Part shown: positions 1 through 9,308 of the stretch, piece after piece
Layout: each line of letters begins with the position of its first letter
Position numbering within the stretch: position 1 is the stretch's first letter
Assembly: GCA_050175015.1 (NCBI GenBank)
Contig: JBFXJJ010000001.1
Span: 160,001 to 224,000, forward strand
Direction: 5' to 3'
Length of the DNA: 64,000 nt
DNA from: Alphaproteobacteria bacterium
GTDB taxonomy: Bacteria; Pseudomonadota; Alphaproteobacteria; JBFXJJ01
Program-made: the position numbers and the translations under genes
Notes under the pieces: generated by a model
Told to the model about the DNA's origin: nothing
What the model saw: only the letters and a program-made list of their open reading frames with translations
Database searches by the model: none

Positions 1-50
1 TGCTGCGCATATTAAGGATTTTTTTTAAAAATCCTTAATAATCCTTAAAA
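1..50 (+). repeat. Dispersed palindromic repeat, module C (copy 1, may be truncated by window edge)
   Basis: tgctgcgca-TATTAAGGATTTTT-ttt-AAAAATCCTTAATA-atccttaaaa; 14-bp stem; near-identical to copies at 9468, 34187, 45093, 56806 and 61005. Confidence 0.85.
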
Positions 51-87
51 TATTTTTATAATTAATGCTTTGTTGCACAAGCAAGAT

Positions 88-1185
88 TTATGCAGCTAAA
101 TACTCTTGGACTGGAATAAATTCCTTATTTTGTACTTTCGCCGTTTCTTCTAAAATTAAATTGCCGTTATGACAAGTAAGTCCTTTTGCCAGCCATTCAT
201 CTTGGCGGCAAGCCTTGATTGCACCATTAAGCGCAATACTTTCTACTTTAGAAAAAATAGCTTCTGCATATCCTCTAGAAGAAGCAACAGGGACTGCCCC
301 TGGAATATTATCAACGCAAAAATGGCAGATGCCTTCTTCATAATAAGTCGGGTTTTCCCACGTTGTAGGAATACACGTTTCTACAGCCCCAGCCTTATCA
401 CAGGAAATATCAACAATAACGCAAGATCTCTTTAATTTTTTTAAATCCCTGCGGTTTATAATGTGATCTTTGCGATGCTTATCCCATTTAACACAGTTGA
501 TAATTACATCACAATCAAACAAATAATCGTGAAGTTTATCCATTCCAAGAGCTTTAAAGTCATATTTATGCCAAGTAAGATTAGCCTGTTTGCAAGGAAA
601 AAACGATAAATTAAACCCCCGAACCGAACAGCCAAGATTTAACGTTGTTCTTAACGCACCTTGTCCTACAGCTCCTAATCCTATGACGACAACCCTAGTT
701 GGTTTGGCTCCAAAATGTCTCATAAAATGTCTGCCGCAGCCGCCTCTATTAGCAAGTGTTAGCGCTATGCCTTCAAAGGCTCCAACTTCTCCCGCTAATG
801 TGCAGTTTGGGGAACCAAATTCGTGCGTTTCTTCAGCCGAAATTGCGGTAAGCTTTTTTTCAAGCAAAACTTCGGTTTGAACGGCATCAAGTGCAGAATG
901 AATATTAGTAAAAATAATATGTTCTTTTTTTAATAACGGAAATTCTGGTTCTAGAATTTCTTTAACCTTAACAATTAATTCAGAATTTTGATAAATATCA
1001 CCTAAATTATTTAAAATTTTAGCTCCAGCTTTATGATATTGCTCATCGGTCGCTTCTGCTAAAAAACCTGCCTTAGTTTCCACAAAAACTTCGTGCCCTT
1101 TTCGAACTAAACGCTTTATTTGTTCTGGTAAAAGAGCAACTCTTCCTTCTTGAGATTTAATTTCTCTAGGTATGCCTATTCTCAT
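88..1185 (-). CDS. Alanine dehydrogenase/PNT-family NAD(P)-dependent oxidoreductase (substrate uncertain)
   Basis: MRIGIPREIK..EGRVAL, IVKVKE, GLGAVG Rossmann motif, IVDISCD.AGAVET, CVDNIPGAVP. Confidence 0.8.
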   Translation of the reverse strand: MRIGIPREIKSQEGRVALLPEQIKRLVRKGHEVFVETKAGFLAEATDEQYHKAGAKILNNLGDIYQNSELIVKVKEILEPEFPLLKKEHIIFTNIHSALDAVQTEVLLEKKLTAISAEETHEFGSPNCTLAGEVGAFEGIALTLANRGGCGRHFMRHFGAKPTRVVVIGLGAVGQGALRTTLNLGCSVRGFNLSFFPCKQANLTWHKYDFKALGMDKLHDYLFDCDVIINCVKWDKHRKDHIINRRDLKKLKRSCVIVDISCDKAGAVETCIPTTWENPTYYEEGICHFCVDNIPGAVPVASSRGYAEAIFSKVESIALNGAIKACRQDEWLAKGLTCHNGNLILEETAKVQNKEFIPVQEYLAA

Positions 1186-1206
1186 TTTTCTCCCTTATTT
1201 GTTTGT

Positions 1207-2211
1207 TTAACTCCTTATAACAGCGTGGTGTTTAATAATATCACCAATAATAGCTATAGCTATTTCATTAGCCGTTGCAGCCTTTATATCCAAGCCTATC
1301 GGAGCTTTTAATTTAATAATACTTTCAGGACTAAGATTGTCCCTATTCATAAGGTCTTCTCTTCGTGGCAAATGCTTACGACTGCCAAGAACACCAACAT
1401 AAAATGCTTTAGATGGTAAAGCATATTTAAGAATATCATGATCGGCTTCTAAATCATGCGTCAAAGAAACAACGGCTGTCATTTCATCTAGTTTGAATTC
1501 ATCAAAAAGTTCAGCTCCAGATGTCTTACGATAAAAATCAACGCCTAAAACAGAAGGAAGCTCTGAGCCGTGCTCTCGATTGAAAATGATTTCCCAACCC
1601 ATTTTGCGTGCGATTAAAAGCACTGCCATTGTAACAGGATTGGAACCATTAACAACCAATCTTAACCTAGGATTGTATTTTTTCCAATAGTAATTATTTT
1701 TGGAGCCTGTATCACGCAGTTTAATTACCTCTCTTAGTTCTTCAGGAATCCTTTTATCACCAAATGATGTAATACAAAGATGTCGGTTTTCAACAATATC
1801 ACTAATCCAAAAGCTAGGTTTTCTTTGCTTTTCATATTCCAAAAGATTTAAAAGCGCTTCTTCTTCAGGATTAATTACATCAATCGCAACTTCAATTTTC
1901 TTGCCGCACAAAAGGCGAATATCAATATAAGGGCTGCCGTATCCAAAGGTAACCTTAGAACTTTTATTATTTTTGATGGCATCTATTCCCATTTCACAAA
2001 GATTGCTTTCAATGCAGCCTCCCGACACATAGCCAAAGACATCTCGGTCTTCAGAGATTAGCATCTGGCTTCCTGTGCCTCTAGGAGCAGAACCTTCTGC
2101 TTCAACTAAGGTTGCAATAACAAACTTTTTACCTTTTTTTATTAAGCCTCTAAGCTCCGAACGAATATCATCACATAGGGCAAACAACGGCCAGTCAAAC
2201 GCATTGCTCAT
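1207..2211 (-). CDS. xdhC: XdhC/CoxI family molybdenum cofactor insertion chaperone
   Basis: GSAPRGTGSQM, GYVSGGCIE, LLCG, LTHD, YVGVLGSR, APIGLDI..ANEIAIAI. Confidence 0.9.
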   Translation of the reverse strand: MSNAFDWPLFALCDDIRSELRGLIKKGKKFVIATLVEAEGSAPRGTGSQMLISEDRDVFGYVSGGCIESNLCEMGIDAIKNNKSSKVTFGYGSPYIDIRLLCGKKIEVAIDVINPEEEALLNLLEYEKQRKPSFWISDIVENRHLCITSFGDKRIPEELREVIKLRDTGSKNNYYWKKYNPRLRLVVNGSNPVTMAVLLIARKMGWEIIFNREHGSELPSVLGVDFYRKTSGAELFDEFKLDEMTAVVSLTHDLEADHDILKYALPSKAFYVGVLGSRKHLPRREDLMNRDNLSPESIIKLKAPIGLDIKAATANEIAIAIIGDIIKHHAVIRS

Positions 2212-2495
2212 AAGTCTTTCTCTGTCATTTTTTGATAGTTTAAAGATTTTCTTTTACTATTTGGCTGTGTTTCTTCTGTAACCTGCCAAACGCTTTCATA
2301 AAGCTTTTCATCTAAATCAAACTGCTCAGTATCTTTGGATTGTAGTTTGATACAAACACCGCACGCACTGGATATTTCACGTGGAACAGGAATGAATTCC
2401 ACCTTGATTTGTTTCTGTTTTAGCTCTTTTTCAGCTTTTAATGCTAAATAATTACTCTCAAACGTTATGATTAGGTATTGATTATCATTAAGCAA
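2208..2495 (-). CDS. DUF3343-type small putative Se/S carrier-like protein
   Basis: ITFES...ALKAEK, IPVPREISSACGVCI; overlaps selD and xdhC. Confidence 0.75.
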   Translation of the reverse strand: MLNDNQYLIITFESNYLALKAEKELKQKQIKVEFIPVPREISSACGVCIKLQSKDTEQFDLDEKLYESVWQVTEETQPNSKRKSLNYQKMTEKDL

Positions 2496-3525
2496 TAGTT
2501 ATAACCCCTGCATCTCTAGTTGTTTCACCTATTATTCGGGCATAAATGTTCTGCCCTGCCATTTCTGCAATAATTTTTTCGGCATCTTCTTCTTTTACCG
2601 CCGCCAGCAATCCGCCTGAGGTCTGAGGATCAAACAAAATATCCCTAATTACAGGATCCATTTTATCTAAATCTTTAACAGCGTGTCCTCTTCCTTGACG
2701 ATTGCGAAAAGTACCTTCTGGCACCAATCCCATTGAGGAATATTCCAAAACATCTGGCAACAAAGGCACAGCATCAGCTTTAACTTTTATGCCGCAAGCC
2801 GCATCTGTTACCATCTCCGCCATATGACCTAAAAGACCAAAACCAGTAACATCGGTGCAGGCTTTAGTTTGATATTTTTGCAATATTTCGCAAGCAGTTT
2901 TGTTTAACGTCGTCATAGATTTCTGAGAAGCAGCCAAGGCTTCATCAGAAACACAATCACCTCTAAACGCCATATTAATTAAACCTGTACCAATCGATTT
3001 AGTTAAAATAATTTTGCAATTATCTTTCAAGCCATTATTACGCCAGAATTTATCAGTTGCGGTTTCGCCTGTTACCGCATAACCTAATTTAGGTTCAGAA
3101 TCTTCAATGCTGTGTCCGCCTACCAACGCACAGCCAGCCTCAGTCAATGCCGATAAGCCTCCGTCCATCATAGCTCTTAATGTTTCAAGCCCCAGTTCTT
3201 TTACAGGATAACATACCAGCGCCAATGCCGTAATAGGTCTCCCGCCCATTGCATAAACATCAGACAAAGCATTTGCCGCCGCAATTCTTCCAAACATAAA
3301 GGGATCGTCCACAATCGGAGGAAAGAAATCAACTGTTTGAACTAAAAGTTTTTCAGGCGTTATGGCATAAAGCCCTGCATCTTCACAGCCATCATAATTG
3401 GCGACAACATTAGGATAAATCGGCTGGCTAAGACCGCATAATGCTTTTTGTAAGACATTAGGTCCTAGTTTAGCGCCGCAGCCTGAAAATTTAGTGTGTT
3501 TTGTTAACGATACCTTATTTTCCAT
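2488..3525 (-). CDS. selD: Selenide, water dikinase (Cys-type)
   Basis: GCGAK (Cys codon TGC), QTVDFFPPIVDDP, AANALSDVYAMGG, DVTGFGLLGH, DPQTSGGLL. Confidence 0.95.
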   Translation of the reverse strand: MENKVSLTKHTKFSGCGAKLGPNVLQKALCGLSQPIYPNVVANYDGCEDAGLYAITPEKLLVQTVDFFPPIVDDPFMFGRIAAANALSDVYAMGGRPITALALVCYPVKELGLETLRAMMDGGLSALTEAGCALVGGHSIEDSEPKLGYAVTGETATDKFWRNNGLKDNCKIILTKSIGTGLINMAFRGDCVSDEALAASQKSMTTLNKTACEILQKYQTKACTDVTGFGLLGHMAEMVTDAACGIKVKADAVPLLPDVLEYSSMGLVPEGTFRNRQGRGHAVKDLDKMDPVIRDILFDPQTSGGLLAAVKEEDAEKIIAEMAGQNIYARIIGETTRDAGVITIA

Positions 3526-3527
3526 TT

Positions 3528-4664
3528 CTAAATAATATCCTTTAAAATTTTTATAGTTTCATCTATTTCCGCATTCGTTGTAAAAAGACTTGGAGAAAAA
3601 CGAACTGTTCCCCCTTCATCAAAGGTTCCGATCGATTTATGTGCTAAAGGAGAACAATGCAAGCCCTGCCGAACCGCAATATTCCTAGCATCAAGCTCTC
3701 TTGCCAAAGAACTTGAAGGCATATCATCGACTGAGATGCTGACAACGGGCATTCTTTTTTTATGCAAATCAAGATTATAAATTTTAATTTTGGGTATTGT
3801 TTTTAAACCATCAATTAAATAACTCGTAATTATCTGTTCTTCATCTTCTATAACGGAAAGGCTTTTTTCTTTGATGAATTCTGCCGCCGACAAAAGACCT
3901 TTAAGCCCAACAATATTAGGCGTTCCTGCCTCATATTTATCTGGCATAAAATCAGGGTGATATTCTTTATCCGACAAACTTCCCGTTCCACCAAAAACAA
4001 GCGGATCTGGATTAAAATCAGACTTCAAGCACAAAGCCCCGATACCCGTTGGAGCTAGCAAGCCTTTATGACCTGAGAACGCTAAAAAATCTGCACCACT
4101 GGCATCAAAATCGAAAGCAGCGTGTCCAATAAACTGGCTGCCGTCTAACCCAACTTTTATGCCTTGCTTTTTGGCTGCTGCAATAATATCTAAGAAAGGC
4201 AAAACTGCTCCTGTTACATTACTTGCCATCGTCATAACAATTAAACAAGGCTTTGCCGCCAAAACTTCTTTTAAACTGGAAACATCAGGATTACCATCAG
4301 CATCGCATTTGATAATCAAGATTTTAACGTTTCTTTTTTTCTCTAAATATCTTAACGGGCGAATAACCGAATTATGTTCCAGTGATGATACGGCAACCAC
4401 GCCTCCATCTGGTACAAAACCTAATATTGCCGTATTTAAAGCCATTGTTGCATTATAGGTAAAAACTATATTTTCAGAGTGTGATATTCCTAAAAGACTG
4501 CCAAGCATATCTCTTGTATTAAAAATTAATTCGCTGGATTTACAAGCTAAAATATGACTGGCTCTTCCTGAATTGCCATAAGGTTCAGATAAACAAGCAT
4601 AAACACTTGCCGCCACTTGAGGAGCTTTGGGAAAACTGGTAGCTGCATTATCTAAATAAATCAT
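3528..4664 (-). CDS. Cysteine desulfurase/selenocysteine lyase-like PLP enzyme (aminotransferase class V)
   Basis: IYLDNAATS, EHNSV, SNVTG, FSGHKG, YEAGTPN, RQGLHCSPLAH. Confidence 0.9.
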   Translation of the reverse strand: MIYLDNAATSFPKAPQVAASVYACLSEPYGNSGRASHILACKSSELIFNTRDMLGSLLGISHSENIVFTYNATMALNTAILGFVPDGGVVAVSSLEHNSVIRPLRYLEKKRNVKILIIKCDADGNPDVSSLKEVLAAKPCLIVMTMASNVTGAVLPFLDIIAAAKKQGIKVGLDGSQFIGHAAFDFDASGADFLAFSGHKGLLAPTGIGALCLKSDFNPDPLVFGGTGSLSDKEYHPDFMPDKYEAGTPNIVGLKGLLSAAEFIKEKSLSVIEDEEQIITSYLIDGLKTIPKIKIYNLDLHKKRMPVVSISVDDMPSSSLARELDARNIAVRQGLHCSPLAHKSIGTFDEGGTVRFSPSLFTTNAEIDETIKILKDII

Positions 4665-5467
4665 TTAATCATTCCGCTGAAATATAAGACTGCTTCTAAA
4701 ACACCGCCGCCTATCGCTCTTGCTTTATCTGACACGGAAAAGCAATGTTCATATTTACACCTAGGATCAATATCTCCGATTTTCATACCTTTAGGAACGG
4801 TTAGACCTGCTCTGATTATACCTCTTAAAATTCCTTTGAATGGTGCTTTCATAACCGCTTTAGAATCACCCTCTATTTCAACAACTTCTTGCCCTTCTTC
4901 TACTAAATCACCAATTTTAGCCAGTGGCTTAACAACTCCTGCAATCGGTGAGTGCAAAACTCTTTCGGCTGATTTGCCGCCTATCAAACCAGGAACACCC
5001 GTGTTGGGTTCGGCAGCACCTTCTAAAAGAACTCTGCCTAAGTTATGTCCTCTGTTAGTCTCAATAACAGCGTGCGCATCAATTCCAACAGTAAAACCAG
5101 GACCTAGAGCAATAACTATTTTAGCCATATTTTTACTTAAACCTAGGTTTTTCTTAGCAATAATAGCATCAACCAAAGCCAAAGGCTTTACTTCATTTAA
5201 AATCGCACAACCAGCATCAATTAATATTGGAACCATACCATCTTCCAACAAAATTAGAGCTTCTTGAACACTATCGGCTTTAACCGCCGTTATGCCTTCA
5301 ACCTCTACTTGCGGCTGATAGATTGCTTCTGAAAAGGCGACTGTCCTTCTTATCGTTGTGGGCTTTTCAATTTCAAGAGCAATTACTTTAAACCCTGAGC
5401 GCCTAAGTCTTACAATTACTCCTGTTGCTAAATCGCCTGCACCTCTGACAATAATTAAATTTTCCAA
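4661..5467 (-). CDS. yqeB: Selenium-dependent molybdenum hydroxylase system protein YqeB (EF2563 family)
   Basis: VRGAGDLATG, RRTVAFSEA, DAIIAKKNLG, ETNRGHNLG, KIGDIDPR, SDKARAIGGGVLEA; TTG start with GGAG RBS. Confidence 0.9.
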   Translation of the reverse strand: MENLIIVRGAGDLATGVIVRLRRSGFKVIALEIEKPTTIRRTVAFSEAIYQPQVEVEGITAVKADSVQEALILLEDGMVPILIDAGCAILNEVKPLALVDAIIAKKNLGLSKNMAKIVIALGPGFTVGIDAHAVIETNRGHNLGRVLLEGAAEPNTGVPGLIGGKSAERVLHSPIAGVVKPLAKIGDLVEEGQEVVEIEGDSKAVMKAPFKGILRGIIRAGLTVPKGMKIGDIDPRCKYEHCFSVSDKARAIGGGVLEAVLYFSGMIK

Positions 5468-5487
5468 AATTTTCTCCGTAATATTTT

Positions 5488-6426
5488 TTAATGACCATCA
5501 ATATCGTGCAGCATAATAACTTGATGTTCTAAAATGGGTAAAATTTCCGTTACATATTCCTCAACCGCTCTAACACTTCCTGGAAGTGCAAAAACCTGTG
5601 TCTTATTTATGATAGCGGCAACAGACCTGCTCAAAAGTGCCTTGGGATTGGTTGCGCCGTATTTAAAACGGATAAAGTCCATAATGCCATCAAGCGTTTT
5701 ATCGGCTTCTTTTAAAATAACATCTGGTGTAATATCTCTTGATGAAACACCTGTTCCGCCAGTTGTAAACAAAATATCAATTTCGCCTTTTCGAGCTTTA
5801 TCGAGCTCCGTTTTAAGCAAATCGGCATCATCTGGTATAATTTTTTGGCTAATATTTATATGCCACCTTTTGGTTTCAAAATATTCCATTATCATTTCTT
5901 GAGCTTTGGGACCGCTTTTATCTTCATATTCACCTCTAGACGCCCTATCACTCAAAGTAAGAATTGTGATATTAAGTGGCTGCGGCTGCCATACAATTTC
6001 ATCTCCAGCATTAATTATTCCGCCTTTAATAACTCTGCAAAAAATACCCTCTTTAGGCATAACGCAATTACCAACTTCACGATAAATAGCGCAGTTATCA
6101 CCATGGCATTTTTTACCAAGCTGGGTAACTTCAAGTTCAACTTCTCCTATTTTGAACCTATCAAGAACTGCTGTTTTCATAATATCGATACCGCCAACGG
6201 TAAAGTTTTCTGCAAACTCTCCCGCATTAATCTCCCTTTTTGCTTTTGCCTCAAATTTTTCAATGCTTGATAGACCTAACAAGCTTATCTGACGGTGCCA
6301 AGCGCCAGCGTGAGCATCTCCAACAATTCCGTTAGCATCGATTGTTACGCTAGCCTTAGGAGTTTTAATTATTCCTTTTTTTTCAGAAATATTAACCGAA
6401 ATTATCTTGCCTTTAACTGTTTCCAT
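5488..6426 (-). CDS. MOSC domain-MogA/MoaB molybdopterin adenylyltransferase fusion
   Basis: N-term GDAHAG.WHRQISLL, GEFAEN, QLGKKCH, CVMPKEGIF; C-term SDRAS..EDKSG, TTGGTG..RDITPD, LPGS. Confidence 0.88.
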   Translation of the reverse strand: METVKGKIISVNISEKKGIIKTPKASVTIDANGIVGDAHAGAWHRQISLLGLSSIEKFEAKAKREINAGEFAENFTVGGIDIMKTAVLDRFKIGEVELEVTQLGKKCHGDNCAIYREVGNCVMPKEGIFCRVIKGGIINAGDEIVWQPQPLNITILTLSDRASRGEYEDKSGPKAQEMIMEYFETKRWHINISQKIIPDDADLLKTELDKARKGEIDILFTTGGTGVSSRDITPDVILKEADKTLDGIMDFIRFKYGATNPKALLSRSVAAIINKTQVFALPGSVRAVEEYVTEILPILEHQVIMLHDIDGH

Positions 6427-6435
6427 TTTTTTACC

Positions 6436-6891
6436 TTAGATGTTTTCTTTTGTTTTTTCTAACAGCCTAATATTGCCTAAAACCATTTCTTTATCAATGG
6501 CTTTGCACATATCGTATATTGTAAGCAGTCCAACAGAAACGGCCGTCAAAGCCTCCATTTCAACTCCTGTAAGACCTATGCAGGAAGCACTCGCTTCAAC
6601 TTCTATCGTTGTTTCATCAACAATTTTTGCTTCCGCACCTATATGCGTTAAAGCTAGCGGATGACATAATGGAATTAAGTTTGATGTTTGCTTAGCCCCT
6701 TGAATAGCTGCAATCTCTGCAATATTCAAAACATTTCCTTTACGAATTTCATTCTGTTTAATCTTAAGGATTGTTGCAGAATTAAGCTTTATTTGCCCCT
6801 TAGCAACAGCCCTACGTTTTTGAGGGCTTTTAGACCCGACATCAACCATTTTAGGGCGGTCTTTTTCATCCAAATGTGAAAATTCGCTCAT
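6436..6891 (-). CDS. moaC: Cyclic pyranopterin monophosphate synthase MoaC
   Basis: FSHLD, MVDV, LIPLCHP, TGVEMEAL, YDMCKA; start set to ATG of MSEFSH. Confidence 0.95.
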   Translation of the reverse strand: MSEFSHLDEKDRPKMVDVGSKSPQKRRAVAKGQIKLNSATILKIKQNEIRKGNVLNIAEIAAIQGAKQTSNLIPLCHPLALTHIGAEAKIVDETTIEVEASASCIGLTGVEMEALTAVSVGLLTIYDMCKAIDKEMVLGNIRLLEKTKENI

Positions 6892-6896
6892 TATTA

Positions 6897-7694
6897 TCAG
6901 CCTCCTATTTCCCAAAACTTATGATGACTATTGGTGCCGTGTTCTGGTTTACTGCTAACCGCTTTTGCTAAAGCCTCTTTGGCTCCATATTCTCTAACGT
7001 CAAAAGATAAATCATTAAAAAGACAAGGGACTATCTTTCCCATACAATTAAGGCGCAGACGGTTACATTTATAACATTTGCCGCCTTCTCCACCTTCAAC
7101 TGGAGCAAAAACTCCTTCTTCTAAATCCATTCTATGGATATATCTAATATCAATTCCTTCCGCATCGGCAAAAGCTTTGACCTTTCTAGCCCTAGGTTCA
7201 TCTTTAGATTGGTTAACTACGCAGTTCAGCTTAATCGGAAAAAGACCCGCCTTCTTAGCTGCTCTAATTCCTTTAACCACTTTATCTAAATCGCCGCCGC
7301 CAGTAAGCTTAAAAAACTCGTCCTTATCAACACTATCCAAACTTATATTAATCCGCATAAGCCCTGCTTTAGCTAATTTTTCAGCTTTATCTTCCAGCAA
7401 AATGCCATTGCTTGTCATACTTAAATCTTTAACACCTGCAATTCCAGAAATAAGCGCCACTAGTTTTTCAATCTGCGGTCTTACTAATGGCTCTCCTCCA
7501 GTAATACGAAATTTTTCAAACCCAATTAAAACGGCTTCATTAACAACTTCTGCTATTTCTTCAAAGGAAAGTAAATCATTATGCTTAACCAAATTTGTGC
7601 ATTTTTGAGCCGCACAATATTCGCAAGCTAAATTGCACTTATCTGTTACTGAAATTCTTAAATAATTAAGATTACGACCGAAGCAGTCTAACAT
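6897..7694 (-). CDS. moaA: GTP 3',8-cyclase MoaA (short form)
   Basis: YLRISVTDKCNLACEYC, TGGEPL, INISLDS, CYKCNRLRL, C-terminal IGG. Confidence 0.92.
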   Translation of the reverse strand: MLDCFGRNLNYLRISVTDKCNLACEYCAAQKCTNLVKHNDLLSFEEIAEVVNEAVLIGFEKFRITGGEPLVRPQIEKLVALISGIAGVKDLSMTSNGILLEDKAEKLAKAGLMRINISLDSVDKDEFFKLTGGGDLDKVVKGIRAAKKAGLFPIKLNCVVNQSKDEPRARKVKAFADAEGIDIRYIHRMDLEEGVFAPVEGGEGGKCYKCNRLRLNCMGKIVPCLFNDLSFDVREYGAKEALAKAVSSKPEHGTNSHHKFWEIGG

Positions 7695-8853
7695 TTATCT
7701 CAGAACCCTTTGCAATTTCAGAAATACCTTGCTCAATAATCATTAAACCGTCAGCTTCAGCTAAACTGGCAATATCTCCTGATGATTGTTGTTTCAATGG
7801 TTTTATCATTTTGTGATTTATAATTTTTACAGGGTACCATTCTTTGCGTTTATTTTCTTTGCGGCGAAAATCTTCAGCCAAAATAAACGATGCTTCCAAA
7901 GGTTTGTAATCACACCCCATCAATTTATATAAAAACGGCTTAGCTAAAATTTCAAACTGCACGAATGAAGATACAGGATTGCCAGGAAGTCCTAGACAGC
8001 AAGATTTTTCAAAAGCGGCAAATTTTGAAGGTTTCCCTGGTTTTACTGCTACTTTTTCAATTAGAATTAACCCGCCTAGAGCTTCAATAGCTTTGGGAAC
8101 AAAATCATATTCCCCCATAGAAACACCGCCAGAAAGAAGAATTAAGTCGCTTACATCTTTAGCTTTGGCTATTGCACTTATGGTGCTTTCTAGCTTATCT
8201 CCAATGTGAGAACAAAAAGTTAAATCAGCACCCATCTCCTCTATTTGAGCTTTTAACTGTGGAGTATTGCTATCTCTAATATGACCGTCTTTTGGTTTCT
8301 CAGAAAAACTAGACAGCTCGTTACCTGTAACTAATAACGCAACTCTAGGACGAAGAGCCACTTTAACCTTTGCTCTACCAGCCGTTGCTAAAATGGCAAT
8401 GTGATGTGGTTTTAAAATCTTGCCCTTTGATAAAAGAATATCTCCGATTTTAAAATCCTCACCTTTAAAACTGATGTTGTCATCAGTTTTAACGCCAGTG
8501 AAAACGATAGTATCATCTTTAAGCGTTTTTGTTTCTTCAACCATAATCACACAGTCAGCTCCAGCTGGCACTGGCGCTCCTGTCATAATTCTAATGCAGG
8601 TTCCTGTAGTTACAATTTCATCTGACACTTCACCAGCATAAACCGTATCTATAACTTCTAATTCCTGCATTAAATCTTCTCTGCGGCAGGCAAACCCGTC
8701 CATACGTGATTTATTGAATAAAGGCATATCAATATCAGCTTCAATATCTTCGGCTAAAACTCGGCCGCAAGCATTTTCAAGCAAAACTTCTTCCTGCCCT
8801 TTAAAAACGGCTTTTTCTAAAACAATTTTTAATGCCTCTTCATATTTAATCAT
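7672..8853 (-). CDS. moeA: Molybdopterin molybdotransferase MoeA
   Basis: GRVLAED, SRMDGFA, IMTGAPVP, TGNEL, SGGVSMG, LPGNPVS; ATG at 8853 preceded by GAGG. Confidence 0.95.
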   Translation of the reverse strand: MIKYEEALKIVLEKAVFKGQEEVLLENACGRVLAEDIEADIDMPLFNKSRMDGFACRREDLMQELEVIDTVYAGEVSDEIVTTGTCIRIMTGAPVPAGADCVIMVEETKTLKDDTIVFTGVKTDDNISFKGEDFKIGDILLSKGKILKPHHIAILATAGRAKVKVALRPRVALLVTGNELSSFSEKPKDGHIRDSNTPQLKAQIEEMGADLTFCSHIGDKLESTISAIAKAKDVSDLILLSGGVSMGEYDFVPKAIEALGGLILIEKVAVKPGKPSKFAAFEKSCCLGLPGNPVSSFVQFEILAKPFLYKLMGCDYKPLEASFILAEDFRRKENKRKEWYPVKIINHKMIKPLKQQSSGDIASLAEADGLMIIEQGISEIAKGSEINVRLLRS

Positions 8854-8867
8854 CAAAACTTCCTCTT

Positions 8868-8896
8868 TTGACAAGATGCTTTATAATAGTTAATAT
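8868..8896 (+). promoter_or_regulatory. Putative sigma70 promoter of modE
   Basis: TTGACA-17 bp-TAATAT just upstream of the modE start. Confidence 0.5.
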
Positions 8897-8912
8897 TCTT
8901 ATTTTAAACTAT

Positions 8913-9299
8913 ATGGAGATGAAATTGCCAAAAAAATCTTTGCAAAATCTCAATAATTCGGATCAAAAAACGACTATTACTTTTCGTATCGATTTGACTA
9001 ACGGCAAAGCCATTGGTCCTGGCAAAATAAACCTTTTGGAACAAATTGATAAACTTGGATCCATCTCCGCTGCAGGTAAAACTTTTGGTATGTCTTATCG
9101 CAGAGCATGGCTTCTGGTTGACGATCTCAATCATACTTTTAAAGAACCTCTAGTTATTGCCAAACAAGGCGGAAAAGGTGGCGGTAATGCAGAATTAACA
9201 ATTCTTGGTAAAGAAATTATCAAGCATTACCGCTCTATAGAAATTCAGGCTAAAGAACATTTTTTAGAACATCTAAATGCTTTTGAAAATGCTCTTTAA
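8913..9299 (+). CDS. modE: ModE-family winged-helix regulator (short form without molybdate-binding TOBE domains)
   Basis: IGPGKINLLEQI..LGSISAAGK.FGMSYRRAWLLV, GGKGGGNAELT; start uncertain (8913 or 8919). Confidence 0.85.
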   Translation: MEMKLPKKSLQNLNNSDQKTTITFRIDLTNGKAIGPGKINLLEQIDKLGSISAAGKTFGMSYRRAWLLVDDLNHTFKEPLVIAKQGGKGGGNAELTILGKEIIKHYRSIEIQAKEHFLEHLNAFENAL

Positions 9300-9308
9300 C
9301 TTGATGCT

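Noticed and set aside
2488-3525. SelD as a selenoprotein (UGA recoding)
   Set aside because: The active-site codon is TGC (Cys) and the ORF is uninterrupted; I noticed no in-frame TGA readthrough candidate in the cluster.
169-8641. Plus-strand ORFs antisense to the Se/Mo operon (e.g. 590-880, 4836-5267, 7078-7608)
   Set aside because: Shadow ORFs fully overlapping well-supported genes, with no recognisable motifs.
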